Below the pieces are notes generated by a model that did not search any database, had not been told where the DNA came from, and worked only from the letters and a program-made list of their open reading frames with translations. A stretch of 24,551 nt of DNA from positions 1 through 24,551 of IMG/VR virus record IMGVR_UViG_3300040971_000027, one strand, 5' to 3'. The position numbers were made by a program, and so were the translations under genes. Origin of the DNA: a virus (lineage: Duplodnaviria; Caudoviricetes). Of the stretch, positions 24,295 through 24,551 are shown piece after piece (within the stretch, counting starts at the first letter, position 1; each line of letters starts with the position of its first letter).

Positions 24295-24551
24295 CGACCT
24301 TCCCCCTCTCAACTCTGCGCTCCATCAATTCCATAATGCAGTAGTTTGCCAAGTCCATCAGGCTATCGTCAATGCTTTCATCAACCTCGGTTTGCTTGCC
24401 GTTTAGAAGTGTTCGCAGACGGTTCACCTTGTCATAGATTCTGACCATGATTGCCATATCTGGGTACAAATCCCTAACCATCGCAAAACTATCCCCGTAG
24501 TCGGCGTTCTTGCGCTTGTAGGTATCGTTCAGTTCTTGGCAGATGCGACGG
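24248..24551 (-). CDS. DUF1599 / nucleotide-modification-associated domain protein (5' end outside window)
   Basis: The frame is open to the window edge: YKRKNADYGDSF..VRIYDKVNRL..ESIDDSLMDLANY. Confidence 0.85.
   Translation of the reverse strand, partial: RRICQELNDTYKRKNADYGDSFAMVRDLYPDMAIMVRIYDKVNRLRTLLNGKQTEVDESIDDSLMDLANYCIMELMERRVERGKVVGQNNQSRTIFDPEP

Larger units (their letters stand above)
1..24551. mobile_element. Tailed phage/prophage segment (podovirus-like, P22-type head; probable Bacillota host)
   Basis: Collinear terS, terL, portal, scaffold, capsid, adaptor, nozzle, fibre and lysis genes. No host housekeeping genes. No integrase or att site visible, so free phage vs prophage is unresolved. 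Confidence 0.95.

Noticed and set aside
23743-24406. Plus-strand ORFs of 197 and 123 aa
   Set aside because: Antisense to a tightly tiled minus-strand gene cluster.
1-24551. Stop-codon reassignment
   Set aside because: Core genes are full length under the standard bacterial code, and TAA, TAG and TGA all end genes.

Overview
The whole window is part of a tailed dsDNA phage or prophage, most likely podovirus-like with a P22-type head and a Bacillota (Clostridia-like) host; the host is inferred from strong Shine-Dalgarno sites, sigmaA-type promoters and YopX, RepL and phiLC3-holin homologies. Most genes are on the minus strand. Reading right to left: the end of a middle-gene cluster (DUF1599-like, late-activator-like HTH, YopX), then a plus-strand island with an ArdC-like anti-restriction gene behind a consensus promoter, then terS. 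About 3.9 kb separate terS from terL and hold an HNH nuclease in 21-bp direct repeats, a RepL-like protein with operator repeats, a hairpin array, a 93-nt tRNA/tmRNA-like element, about 400 nt of structured non-coding sequence and a metallophosphoesterase. Next come terL, an unannotated Com-like zinc finger, a SAM methyltransferase, portal, scaffold, major capsid protein, a GT2 glycosyltransferase, adaptor, nozzle, tail-fibre/receptor-binding modules and a lysis cassette. The best candidates for new biology are (i) the Ala-acceptor mini-tmRNA-like RNA, overlapped by a small ORF and abutting a long structured RNA, (ii) a possible Com-like/GAGCC antitermination system acting on several intra-operon terminators, and (iii) the RepL-HNH module with its repeats. 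All family calls come from motif recognition by eye, not database searches.
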